A model generated the notes under the pieces. The model was given only the letters and a program-made list of their open reading frames with translations, did not search any database and was not told the DNA's origin. A program made the translations under genes and the position numbers. This document shows positions 11,891 to 23,120 of a stretch of DNA of 45,605 bases, piece after piece. Origin of the DNA: Catajapyx aquilonaris (taxonomy: Eukaryota). The stretch lies in contig KZ538829.1 in NCBI GenBank assembly GCA_000934665.2, positions 1 to 45,605 of the forward strand, given 5' to 3'. How positions within the stretch are numbered: the stretch's first letter is position 1; each line of letters starts with the position of its first letter.

Positions 11891-13809
11891 ACATATGCTT
11901 TTGTATGCAAACAACTAACTCATAAGCTATTTCAGTAATATTATTTGAGCCATAGAGACAAGATTGTAACTCTCTCTGCAAATTGACAACTTTTCAATAA
12001 GAGTTAAAAACCAAGGCGCATTATAAATAGAAGAGCATTCATATATTTCTTAGAATATTTAGGACTTGAAGGTGCATGGGATAGGTCCAAAGAAAGTTTT
12101 CTTAGGCAAAATACTATCTGGCTCTGTGCGTAAATGGAATGTGTGGATCACATGTTGCATCCAAAAAAGGAGTTGACAGCCAGCTGCCAATCATGTCTGC
12201 AATGTAGGATCCAAGACAACTTGGCTAAATGTAATGGTTACTGAAGGCATTTGACATGGTCCTTAAGATTGTGCACCCCCCTTCTGCTATGTTCTAGCCA
12301 TGTTGTGGGGCTCAAAATCTGTTGCTAATAATATTGTGAAGCTGTATGTTCTACTTTGGCTTGGTTCATGGAAGTGTATACCAAGCATTATTTTTTGTTG
12401 CTTAAATTTGCAGAAGCAAACCAAAGTCACCAGGGACCTTATTCTGAATTGCAGTGGAATTCTCACCTGAGAGTTTGATCCTGCCTGATTTGTTCCGTCA
12501 AGGCCATGGCGCAGTTGTGAAGATTTCCACTGCTTGACCATTCTCAGCAGAATGTGGCTGGTGACTGACATCAAAGTTTGATGTATATCAATCAAACAAA
12601 ACAGCATAGAACTATGACAGAGCCATCTCTACAGGATAAAGAAGGCCCTTTCCAGAAGGCAAAAATTTTCGCTGCTGTGCCATGGACTTGAGTACACAAA
12701 TCCAGTGGGATGGAACCGTGGATGGAACTGACAGTTGTGAATTCTCACCACAATTCACTACACTGCCCCTGGAATGCTGGAATGGCAAGAAGTGCAGGTA
12801 CCCTGGGCCTCTTCCTTCCTAAACCCATTATGTCTGGTGCAGAGATTTGACATGAGGATGATAGTGTATAGCTTGTGATTCCCGAATGTGGCTGAATTAC
12901 ATCAGGCATCATTACCTCAGTTGACAGATAACAATAACTTCTACTATGCTATCAGCATTCAGAATATGACAATAATAAGTGGCAGAAGGGAGTGCATCAA
13001 CAAGTATCCTAGAGGTATCATTCTAATTCTGTATCCAGACACACATAGTCACTGATGTGATACTTCTATACGGTGTTCCCTAATTAAGCTTACAGATGTA
13101 TCAGTGAATATGTCATGGCAGCTCCTGCGTCAAGCTGGTATTCCTGAGCCCGCCAATTTGAGTCAATCAGAAGAAGGAAACACACACTCCCCTCTACTGT
13201 TCCTCTCCCCCTTTTCTCCCTCAGGCGGCCAACAGGACTTGTCTGCGTAAGCAACATTTCTGCTAATACAAATGTATGCTTAACTATGACACATGGTACA
13301 CAGCCTGATAGCATTTTTCCTTGGTTAAAACACTCAATCACCATTGCACATATTCTAACTTGTGAGTAAAAAAAGGCTCTCCACTGCACCTTCAACACCA
13401 TTAATTTCCACCTAGGGCAAAAAAGATGTGCCATTCCAAAATGTAAGTTGAAACTTATTTGTCACTCTCTGTCACTTGTCAAAGCATTTCATGCCAGGAG
13501 TGTGCTAAATACAAATAGTAATGGGATATAATAAATATCCTTCAATTGCATGATTCTGCAAATAACCAACACTTCCCACTGCATTTCAAAGGTGTTTAAT
13601 TACAATTAACAAGAAAATTAATCACCTTTTCTTTCCTCTCCTACATTTCTGAATATTTGAATGAACAGGTTAGAGCAGGTCAGCATCAGAATTTGCATAT
13701 CATGGAGGGGGCAAGTTCTGGAGCTACAGTACTAATGTATACTATGTGTTTCATCATTTTGCTTACATCCTTATCAGAAGAAATGTTGTGTGTGACTACA
13801 TATCTTGTT

Positions 13810-13847
13810 GGCACCCTGAAGGGAAGTAAGGGTGAGAGGGATGGGAG

Positions 13848-13899
<52 letters not shown>

Positions 13900-14010
13900 T
13901 CTCAAGGCATTACGAGGGGAGGGTGAGCGGTAGGTTCTTCTGACAACTAGAATGGTGAACTCAGGCGAGTCCAGGAATTTCAACCAATATGAGTGTAAGC
14001 TAAATTATGA
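13810..14010 (+). repeat. Dispersed repeat, copy 2, with internal (GA)n expansion
   Basis: Homologous to 11730-11890; (GA)n at ~13852-13897. Confidence 0.65.
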
Positions 14011-15333
14011 TCCACATGGTATTGATGGGAGCCAATGCCTGAATGTGCCCTGAAATGCCCAATTGATGCTACACACACTGGTCTACTTGACATCCACAAA
14101 ATAATTCTAATATAACCAGCCAATGGCTATTTTGAAAGGGGGGAATTTACTAATGCATTCTGATCTCAGTCACAGAGCAGAGGTCACATATAATACATGG
14201 TATGGCACTCACGCAAGTGTTTCTTTAGAAAAGCTTTGGTAACTGATGTGAATGCTCATGTGCTGATTTTAAGGGCGCAACCAGGACATTGTGACATTAG
14301 GTTTATTGTTGCCATTCTCCCAAGTTGAAAGCCATGCATTGTCCTACTGACAATTCTTCAATGCAGCACTCAGTCATCAGCTTGATTACGGAGTGTGCAG
14401 AAGGTGCAAACAGGATCATATCCATGCCACGTAATGTACCCTCTCATCTGCAATAGTACCAGGACTGCTCTATTCCGCTCCAAAACTTCCCGAACTCCAG
14501 CAGCTGTTCCTCCAAGTACTCATTCTTGCACACCCCCCACCTATGGCAGTGATGACCCACCCCTTCAGTTGTCAATGAACCCAAATTTTGCACATTTCCT
14601 TCGGCATGAAAAAGTTTATTTGGCACAGACATCTGTTTGTCATCTCACAAATCATCGTAGAAGGTTATTTATTGGATCTGACAGCTGTTGTATGTCCTGG
14701 CTGCACATGCATTTGGTGACTGACGCTTGGCTACCCGGAAGGAGGGAGCACAGCAGAGAAACCATCACAATCAACAGCTTATTTTCCATAGACTGCCTGA
14801 TTCACTCCTACCTTTGGAGAATCAGGACCAACTGTCTGACCCGGTGCTGTCCTGTTATTTTTATGTGGTCACTAAAATCAGCAGCTCCACCTTGTACAGT
14901 AGTGGAAAGTTGCATACAAAGGAATATACTGTATTTGGTCACTGAATAATTAAGAAAGATGAGTGCACCATACTAGTTCCACTTATAAAAAGGCTGTGTC
15001 AATAATTATGTATACAATGTGCTGGACTCAGGCTGACGAAACCAACGATGGCACCATGGCATGACATTTAACAGTACAATTTCCAGGCAGTACCCGATGC
15101 AGTAGCAAAATGCACTAGTCCACTTCTCACTGTCACTAACACCTGCACTGTCATCACATGATCCACCCAGACATGTCCACAATCACTGAGAGAAACAACG
15201 AGAATTCCATCCTTGGTATGTGACCACGAATGAAAAATATTACTTGCTGAGAGGCTTGCCAATGAACCACTTACCAAGAGCTAACAGTATATGCACAAGT
15301 TTCAAAAGCAAGTCTCTGAAGCTGTCAAGGTTC

Positions 15334-15455
15334 TCAGGTGACCTTGGCATTGTTCTTACAAGTGACTAGAGCTTGAAGGTACTTGAACTGGACAGGTTTG
15401 TGCATGGCCAGTTGCTGCAGGGCTTCGTCTATCCCAAACCACTTACGTTTCCTCC
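15334..15455 (-). CDS. NUDT3: DIPP exon 4 (terminal): GRKRKWFGIDEALQQLAMHKPVQFKYLQALVTCKNNAKVT*
   Basis: cttacttttcag acceptor, phase 1; TGA at 15336-15334. Not in the supplied ORF track. Confidence 0.92.
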
Positions 15456-17603
15456 CTGAAAAGTAAGAAGAATATTTTACCAAGTTGTCCAACTCCTTAT
15501 GGATGGGCTTCTCTTTGTCAATTAATCTTTTTCAGGGGAGGGGTTAGCAAAAGGTAATGTTGTGCTGTCATGTTATTACTAGCTTGTAAGTGATGAAGGT
15601 ACTATGGGGCTCAAATTGTTTTGGACACTTTATCCTGGTCTTGAAGCAACCCTTCACACACACACACACACACACCTCCTCACCGTGGGCCTGTGCAAAA
15701 GATTGCTTCAAGACCAGGATAAAGTGGCCAAAACAATTTGAGCCCCATAGTACATTCAAAGTCTGCACCTTGGGCTGATAGTGTGGCAATTTTTAAAACC
15801 ACATCCATGCACACACTGCTTATGCTAATTTACCCCATTTAATTTGCTGTGATAATGGCTAGAACTCCATGCCACAATACTAGATTATATACATATTCTT
15901 CACGGCCTTGATCCCACTAAGGGGTGGCCAGTAATGACCAGATACATGTATCTGGCCACAATCCTAATGCTAAATAGTCTATTCCCTTGCAAATGTAGGC
16001 AAAGTTTTAAAAATCACCCTGCATGTATTAGAGGGGGATAGATGATATATCACATATCGTTGGACAGGGCTTGAAAATTGCTTTCAGTGCAGTTGTAAAA
16101 ATCTAAGGTCGAGACACATATTTTTGACGTCGAAATTTGCAGAATTGTGTAAAGGGTGTCAAGTACAAGAGTAGGCACCAGTTATAAAAATCATGATCCT
16201 TTACAAGTAGAAGAGTGAATGAGTCATACGTCACTGGGCAGGGCTTACAATGTACAGTACTGTGGCAATATGAAAATATAACATGGACTTAGCACCAAAT
16301 GGACATTCAAGTGGTCAAAGTTCAAGAACTTTTGCAACATTGCAATTTTCACTCAGATTATTTTCAATTAGGAAAAAATTTCTCAGATTTCAGACTGACT
16401 TGTTTGTTACTCATATGGAGGTCATACCATTGTCCCAAGGTTATAAACATATTCAACCTTACTGTGTCTTATTGAATTGCGATGTAGAGTGACTTTGGTC
16501 CACTTTCTGCATTTATTTATGGTTACTCAGGATGTGTATCCAAAATACAATTATATCACAAGATTCTTCATGTCTTTCCCTTTAATTTGACAGATGTGAC
16601 AACATGCCTCTAACAATCACCTCCATGCGAAAAAAATTCACGGGATTTGCTGAAAGTGCACCAAGTGTCATTTTGAAATAGCCATATGTTTCTTATGAAC
16701 TGTCACAAAATTCTAAAACATCGTTTTTGACATCATATATGTCTTTGCATTTTTTTTTTTTCTTCCACAAATTCCCTGACGTCAGGCCACAACTTCCATT
16801 TAAATGGTTGAGACGGAATGACCAATCAATCCACTGCTATTGTTAACCCACATCATTAAATTATTTATGGTAAAGTACTAGTAACGAAACTACCACACTG
16901 CTCAAAGAAACCCTTGCTGAATGGCAATTTCTGTTCAAACATGCACATCAAAAATCGACCATTCCCATTCTTGTTAAAAGTGATTATTTCCCAGCAATGC
17001 ATAGCTATGTCACAGACCAAATGTCATAGTTTCAATGCTGACAATCTCTTTGTAGCCATATGCACTATGCAACCTCAAGCTAAGGTAATAAAATATGGCT
17101 TTCACAACAGCAACAACTGTTATTGCTGGGACATGCCCCACTGTCAGTATTTTCTGACTTCGGGTGGCCTTGAAGTCAAAATGCATAACTGAAGGTAACA
17201 GAAAACCTTGGCTACACAATTTCCTAATCTTGAGCTTTAGAACATTGCAATGTCAAAGTCTCAAGCAAAATATCTTTTTTAGATGTTTAAGACTTTCCGC
17301 CATTAATGGTATGTTTATGTACAGTACCAACCGAAGCAGTGGTGGCGGAGGGGATATGGTATCCGACTGCTAATCGGGAGGTCCTGGGTTTGATCCCCGG
17401 GGCCGGCAACCCTAACCGTGGTTTTCTGTGGTTTCCCACGGTCCCTCCAGGTAAATGCCGGGGTTGTTTCCTAAAATAATAGGCCACAGCCGCTTCCTTC
17501 CGTCCCTATCCTATCCCCAAAAGCAAAGTAAAAATGCAAAGAAAGAGTTCCAGTCAAAACAAAACTCCCCCCTAAAGAGCCGCCGGCTGATAACGGGGTA
17601 TGA

Positions 17604-17636
<33 letters not shown>

Positions 17637-20600
17637 GTACAGTACCACTGAAGGTGGAAAGTCTACAGCATGGTCTACAGTCTGTTAAACAAAAGACTGA
17701 TCTGACGTCACGTTCAGACCTGCCTCTTCCCTCCTCTCATGTCCCCGAATTGCTCTGCAAGCATACTACTGTGCATGCTCAGTAAACACGGCTGGTGTGA
17801 CATCAGATTGTTCTTTCGTGTAACGGACTGTATGTTATGACAGTATTTACATATGGCTATGAAAATGTTCACAGGCTTATGTGTCACTCCAACAAACACA
17901 AAAATTAGACCTCAAACTCCTCGGACAATTAAACCTGTCACAGGAATCATGGCATCATTTCCTGCCACAACATATTGATGGAAAAATGAGGAAATGGCTC
18001 ATATCCACAATGTACCCCTTAATTCTTGTAAAATTACTAGTAGCTGGATTGTAACAGGTTGGCAACATGTATGCGTGTTCACCATGTTTTACTCTCAGGC
18101 ACTTTAGCAATTTAAAATGAAGCACAAACAACACTTGTCAGCTACTAGCAATCACTTTGTCCTAGCCCGTGATATGATACGATACCAACCAATATTTTTG
18201 GAATCCTCCCACTCTGGGAATTCTTCTGTGACTACGAGGACGAACACAGCAGTTCGATGTTTCCTCTCGCAATTCTGTAAAGACAAAAGACTATTATAAA
18301 TAATTGCATCAACCTTCCTACGTGCTGGTGGATGAAATAGCTGGGGGGGGGGGGGGTCTATAGACATGCACTCTGTGCTAAGACATCAAAAGAGGTGCAT
18401 GATTATTTCAGCAGTAAATAGGCTACTAGAAGGCACAAGGAACTAGATTTCTTTGCAAACTAGAAAATTGGAAATTCTACTAGATCTTATGCAATTTTTG
18501 TGTCCAGTAGTTAATTATTTACCCTACAAGCTATACCCATTACTGCAATCGCATAATGATAATGAAACATCTATGTAGAATTGTAAGGTAGGGAAACAGG
18601 TTTCACTGTACAGTCATTTCTGTACAGAGTACTTCCTCAAGCAGCTTTCTTCAATCTAGGCCAATCTGGAACTGGAGTTCCTTCAGTGCCTTTGACAGGT
18701 TCAGTGGAAAACATTCAGTGTGTCTTCAATCAAATTGATCAAACACCATCTGGATTTATAAGAATCTTTTATGAGATATGCAGCCTTGCCTCGTATTTAT
18801 TTAAAACCTTGCTGCAACACTGACAAAATATTGGGACTACCAACCATTTGTATCAGAAGCCTGTAATCATCACGGAATTACATTGCCACTGTCTACCACA
18901 TCATATGTATTTTTCCCTCCTCCCATTGGCTCTAGTTTTTCTAGATTTCCTCGTGAAAAAACCATAGCATTTGAACTCTGGTGTAAGGGATTCTGTGTAA
19001 GCATTCAGTAAATATTCTGCCTATGGCCAAAAACTACTATCTAAAAAAATATGCTGCTTTATCAGGCCTGGTTGCACTACTGGCAGTACAGTGGGTCCCC
19101 GTTATTCATGGGTTCATTATCTGTGGTTTGAAAATATTAATAAATTTTAATAAAATATGGAATTTAAAAATCTAACACGTATTTTTACTGCAGCACAGCA
19201 CTGTACACTTACTATCTTATTTTATTGTTCATTGTTTTTGTTCATGTCTTAATGTGCATAATTTGTGATTTAAACTTCATAGGGATGGATGCTGTATGTT
19301 TAAAAACATTTTATGATGTATACGGTTCGTTTTATCTGCGGAAGGGCTTAGTACCAATTACTTGCTGATAACAGGATGCCACTGTATATGAAAACATGGT
19401 GAATTCTACTTGCTATTGTTGGTTATAATAACGCAACATTGAATAAGCATCCTTTTAAATGTATCACAGCGGTGCAAACCCGCCCTAAGTAGTCAGAATC
19501 CCAGCATGCAGTGCAAGGTCTGGTTTACTTGGAAAATGCTAAGCTTGAGAAGTTATAATGCATCAAATAGTCCATCTGCCAAAAATTCACTTTCAAGGTT
19601 GCAGTATTAGGGCACAACACCTTTGAATGTCAAACAGCTATAACTTCCATTACAGGTGGCAAATAACACCATTTCAAAACCCCATAGGATGTAGCATGTT
19701 AATTATTGACATCCACATGAATGCTGCCGTTAGCCTGTGTTTACGTAAGGCTTGCTCATCCCAGTGTATCAGGAATACGTTATTGCCTACTGTATGCAGA
19801 TGACTGGCATTGTGAGGTAATTACTTAATTCCAGACATGGTTGGCGGTATATTAGTGACAGAAATAGCATATTGGTGGCCTCTCAAAGGAGGCTAAGGGC
19901 GATTGTAGGATAATTTGGTGTGATCATGATGTCATGGGTGGCAAATGGCTAACTTGACGATTCGCGTCGCCACAGCGCAGTTTCTAATGGGCATTTTCAT
20001 GAAAAATTCAGCAGGTGCAATCACGTCAAGACAACCGCCCCCCCCCCCCCCCCCCCNCCCCCAATTCCCTCGTTCCCAGCCAGCACCCTCAAGCTTTCAG
20101 GGTCGGTAGACAACAAATAAAATGAGGTCAATTATGCCTCTGAGTGTATGAACAAGGGCTTACTTTGTCTGACTGGGTTTCAGGTAATTATGAATATAGG
20201 GTGTGAAGAGATGGGTGGAGGAAAATTGATTGTGACTGACTTCAAAGACTCCCAGGCATCTGCCCAGTTTGCCTCGAACCCCGGCCTCCTCCATGACCTC
20301 TCGGATGGCTGCCACACTGGCTTCCTCCTCAGGCTCCACACCGCCACCAGGGACAATCCATCTGTCTGGAAGCCTGGACGACGACACCAGAAGTACCTGC
20401 AATTAACACCCTGCATTATTTATTCGCCATTGTTATTTTTAAATGGAGCGATTACGAATGGCGCAAAAAAAGTCTCGTAATTGTGTCACGCGGGAGTGAC
20501 GTAACTGCAGCCTGTATTTACGGTCGGTAAACAAGTCTTTGCACGGGCTTCGACAAACGGTTTCTCATGCGATACATATATATGTCATGATGGATATTGA

Positions 20601-22165
20601 CTTTCGTTCCGAATGATTCATACGACCGAATGATTCCCAACGACCTTGAACACGTATTCATGTGTACCACACCGGTGAATTACAAATCGATGTTCTGTTA
20701 TGAGTAATGCGATATTTGAATTGGCCTGGACCACATGGTGCAGGTCAGTGACCTCCCACCAGTACGGTCATCGCTATATTTGCAGTGGTGATAGGTCAGT
20801 GACTCACGTCAAAAGTCGCAGTGCAACACCCCGTTGCCAAGCGAAAAACTAACATTTCATGCCAAAATAAGTTACGCAACTGAGATCAATAGCACCTTTC
20901 AACCGCCATTCTCCGCACTTCTCATCCAGCTATGCCCAAATTCCAATCATTCTAACGAAACATATTTTACCCTGGGGGTGGGGGGAAAAATGCGCAACTT
21001 TCCGTCTAAGAATCTCGATAATGTTATTCGCGGAATCAGGCCCCAGGTATGGTGATATCTCAATCGTACATTCCAGTACCAGCATGGCCCATGCGTTTTA
21101 TTACTTGATATATCTGGTAGACTGTTGGGACCAAAAGCCCCTTCCATGCAGCCAGATCGATAGCAGACTTGGCGTCGGCGGAAAAGGTGAGCTAGTCACG
21201 ACGCCCCCCGACGCCCCCCCCCCCCCCCCCNNNNNNNNNNNNNNNNNNNNNNNNNNNNNNNNNNNNNNNNNNNNNNNNNNNNNNNNNNNNNNNNNNNNNN
21301 NNNNNNNNNNNNNNNNNNNNNNNNNNNNNNNNNNNNNNNNNNNNNNNNNNNNNNNNNNNNNNNNNNNNNNNNNNNNNNNNNNNNNNNNNNNNNNNNNNNN
21401 NNNNNNNNNNNNNNNNNNNNNNNNNNNNNNNNNNNNCTCTCTCACATGTAATGCGTAACTACGCACAATCTGCGCCTGACAGGACCGATCGATTCCGTCT
21501 GGCTATGTCTGGCTCCGGAACCCAGCTTCCGGAACCTCCGGGACATCCCGGCATATTTATCCTAAATGCATGTCGACCGACCCGGATTTAGCGGGCAGTT
21601 AGGGGACAAAAGAGAACGCCGAGTGCATAGGATATATATGCGAACTAAGGATAGGATTTAAATTTAGACCAGTGCGCTAGACACGTGAACGGAGGCGGAG
21701 ACTGCTTTTCTAGTATGCTCCCAGCTCGTGTTTCGGCACCATGTATGCCACCCATATTACGATGGACATTTAAGTGCTGACCATACCACAGGGCGTGGAC
21801 GTTACAACGGGTGATTCGTCCCCGGCCCCTGTTTTGCTGCTGGCAGATAAGACGGGCAAGGCCAACAAGTACTTGACCACTTGACTTGCGTCACCAGATT
21901 GCGCGCCCTTCAGAAAAATGTGCAGCTATTCACCATGTGCTGATGGATACACCGGATTGCTTGTATAACGCTATCGGATCGGTGCTGATTGATACACGGA
22001 TTACGAAACGCGGGACACCTGTGGGACTGTGTCCCTGGGTGTCCTTGGAAAGACTCACACCGGTACCTCGGTTTCGGCGTCGTTCCGAACGCAGATGCAG
22101 GCGGCCCTCCTACGAAATCCATCTTCGTCGTAGATTCTGGTGCTGTTTGGCTTCTCCTTCACCAT
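15334..22165 (-). CDS. NUDT3: Diphosphoinositol polyphosphate phosphohydrolase (DIPP, Nudix; NUDT3/4-like, Drosophila Aps-like), 153 aa; complement join(22067..22165,20241..20396,18190..18274,15334..15455)
   Basis: Four phase-compatible GT-AG exons totalling 462 nt: MVKEKPNSTRIYDEDGFRRRAACICVR...VLLVSSSR.PDRWIVPGGGVEPEE...AAIREVMEEAGV (Nudix box)...RKHRT...WEDSKNIGRKRKWF...HKPVQ. The symbol denotes the family; exact paralog not resolved. Confidence 0.96.
15596..15757. mobile_element. Hairpin MITE in DIPP intron 3
   Basis: ~55-bp inverted arms (gtactatggggctcaaattgttttgg... / ...ccaaaacaatttgagccccatagtac) around a (CA)n-containing loop. Confidence 0.75.
17330..17632 (+). mobile_element. Full-length tRNA-derived SINE, family A
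   Basis: A/B boxes, (ATT)n tail, 15-bp TSD ttatgtacagtacca at 17315-17329 and 17633-17647. Confidence 0.92.
17678..17830 (+). mobile_element. TA-flanked MITE containing TGACGTCA, copy 1
   Basis: TA-cagtctgtta...taacggactg-TA; homologous to 32978-33139. Confidence 0.75.
18190..18274 (-). CDS. NUDT3: DIPP exon 3 (85 nt): NCERKHRTAVFVLVVTEEFPEWEDSKNI(G)
   Basis: tctttacag acceptor; G|gttggt donor, phase 1. Confidence 0.93.
19089..19384. mobile_element. pogo/Tigger-like MITE (degenerate)
   Basis: TA-cagtgggtccccgttat ... ataacaggatgccactg-TA. Confidence 0.6.
20241..20396 (-). CDS. NUDT3: DIPP exon 2 (156 nt) containing the Nudix box
   Basis: ttgcag acceptor, GAA|gtcagt donor; GGGVEPEEEASVAAIREVMEEAGV. 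Confidence 0.96.
20742..20805. promoter_or_regulatory. Two tandem IR1 nuclear-receptor elements (candidate ecdysone response elements)
   Basis: AGGTCAgTGACCT at 20742-20754 (perfect) and AGGTCAgTGACTC at 20793-20805. Confidence 0.55.
21231..21436. other. Assembly gap in DIPP intron 1
   Basis: N run preceded by poly-C. Confidence 0.99.
22067..22165 (-). CDS. NUDT3: DIPP coding exon 1 (99 nt): MVKEKPNSTRIYDEDGFRRRAACICVRNDAETE
   Basis: ATG at 22165 (gagATGG); GAG|gtaccg donor, phase 0. Confidence 0.93.
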
Positions 22166-23066
22166 CTCGGAAGAAGCCTGCAGCTGGTGCCGGCCTTTAG
22201 CCTCAATGATGTCGCTGCTGCTGCTGCCGCCGCTGCCTGCCAGCCCAACAATCAATGGGATCGATCAGGGAAAACAATAAAAAAAACGGAGGGCCTAACC
22301 AGCAGGCGCACCGGACACTGTATCACTGGGTATTCTTCGGAGGGGGTAGGGTCACTATACAACATGCAAAAGGTCAAAAGGAGCTGAGCAGCTGGTAGCG
22401 GATTATGACTGTAGGCATGGTGCTAGATGGGTCACAGGGTATGGGTACTAAGGAGTACAACCTCACCACGGTAGCACAGCTCGCACAGCCTGTGGTACTG
22501 TAGAATGCACGGGTCTCGTCAGCGCAGCCGCTCAACCACTTCGGCTGCTACTCGACTGCTGACTGCTGTTCGACCATCTAGGCAGCTCCCCCCGACCGCC
22601 GCGCCTTCTCCCACTCCCTCCCTCCCGCCCGCCCACCCGCCGAACCAGTCAGCGCCGGTTACACTATCTGCAATCATCATTTTGATTGTTTATCAGTCGA
22701 TGCCTACAGTGCGCGCCAATTTAATTTTTAAATAACATCTGGATGGGTGTTTGGACTCAAAATGGCGGAAACTGGCTCTACTCTGCTTATATGGGTGCGC
22801 TCGGTGCGTGAGCTGTGACGTCAGTGCCCGGTTATTTAGACACTGGTCGAGTTGCTGAACGCACGGTAGCTCCGGCAAATACGGCGGTCGGCCTGTCGTC
22901 ATGTGATACCGTACGCATTGTTGGATATTGTTGTCGGGTTGCAAAGGTGGGCGTGGGATAAGTCGTCAGTTAGTTGTTTGTAATTAGATGTTGAATTGAC
23001 AGTATATTTATAGGAGTCGGAAGCGGACCAATGAGTCGGTGCTGGAGAGAGGGGTGTAGTGAAGCC
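22166..23066. promoter_or_regulatory. 5' UTRs plus candidate bidirectional promoter shared by DIPP and IP6K
   Basis: CpG-rich. GC boxes CCCGCCC ~22624-22634 and GGGCGTGG ~22949; GCGCGCCAAT (E2F/CCAAT-like) 22711-22720; YY1-type CAAAATGGCGG 22758-22768; CRE TGACGTCA 22816-22823; Inr-like TCAGTT 22966-22971; CCAAT ~23028. Confidence 0.75.
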
Positions 23067-23120
23067 ATGACTGGGGTTGTGCTGCCAATGGACCGCAGCA
23101 TTGAGTATGAGCCTAGAAAG
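23067..23120 (+). CDS. IP6K: IP6K putative coding exon 1: MTGVVLPMDRSIEYEPRK
   Basis: gccATG context; AAG|gtgaag donor, phase 0. An in-frame stop at 23351 forces a splice. Alternative start ATG|gtagga at 23229-23231. Confidence 0.55.

Noticed and set aside
14395..14949. 184-aa plus-strand ORF
   Set aside because: No ATG start and no recognisable motif; antisense to the likely DIPP 3' UTR.
18272..18282. NAGNAG acceptor like the vertebrate DIPP2 alpha/beta (extra Gln) isoforms
   Set aside because: The acceptor reads tttacag|AAT with no tandem AG.
22166..22255. N-terminal extension of DIPP given by ORF 22055..22255
   Set aside because: It does not start at an ATG; homology begins at MVKEKPN (22165).
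21886..22387. Plus-strand ORFs overlapping DIPP exon 1
   Set aside because: Shadow ORFs of GC-rich sequence.
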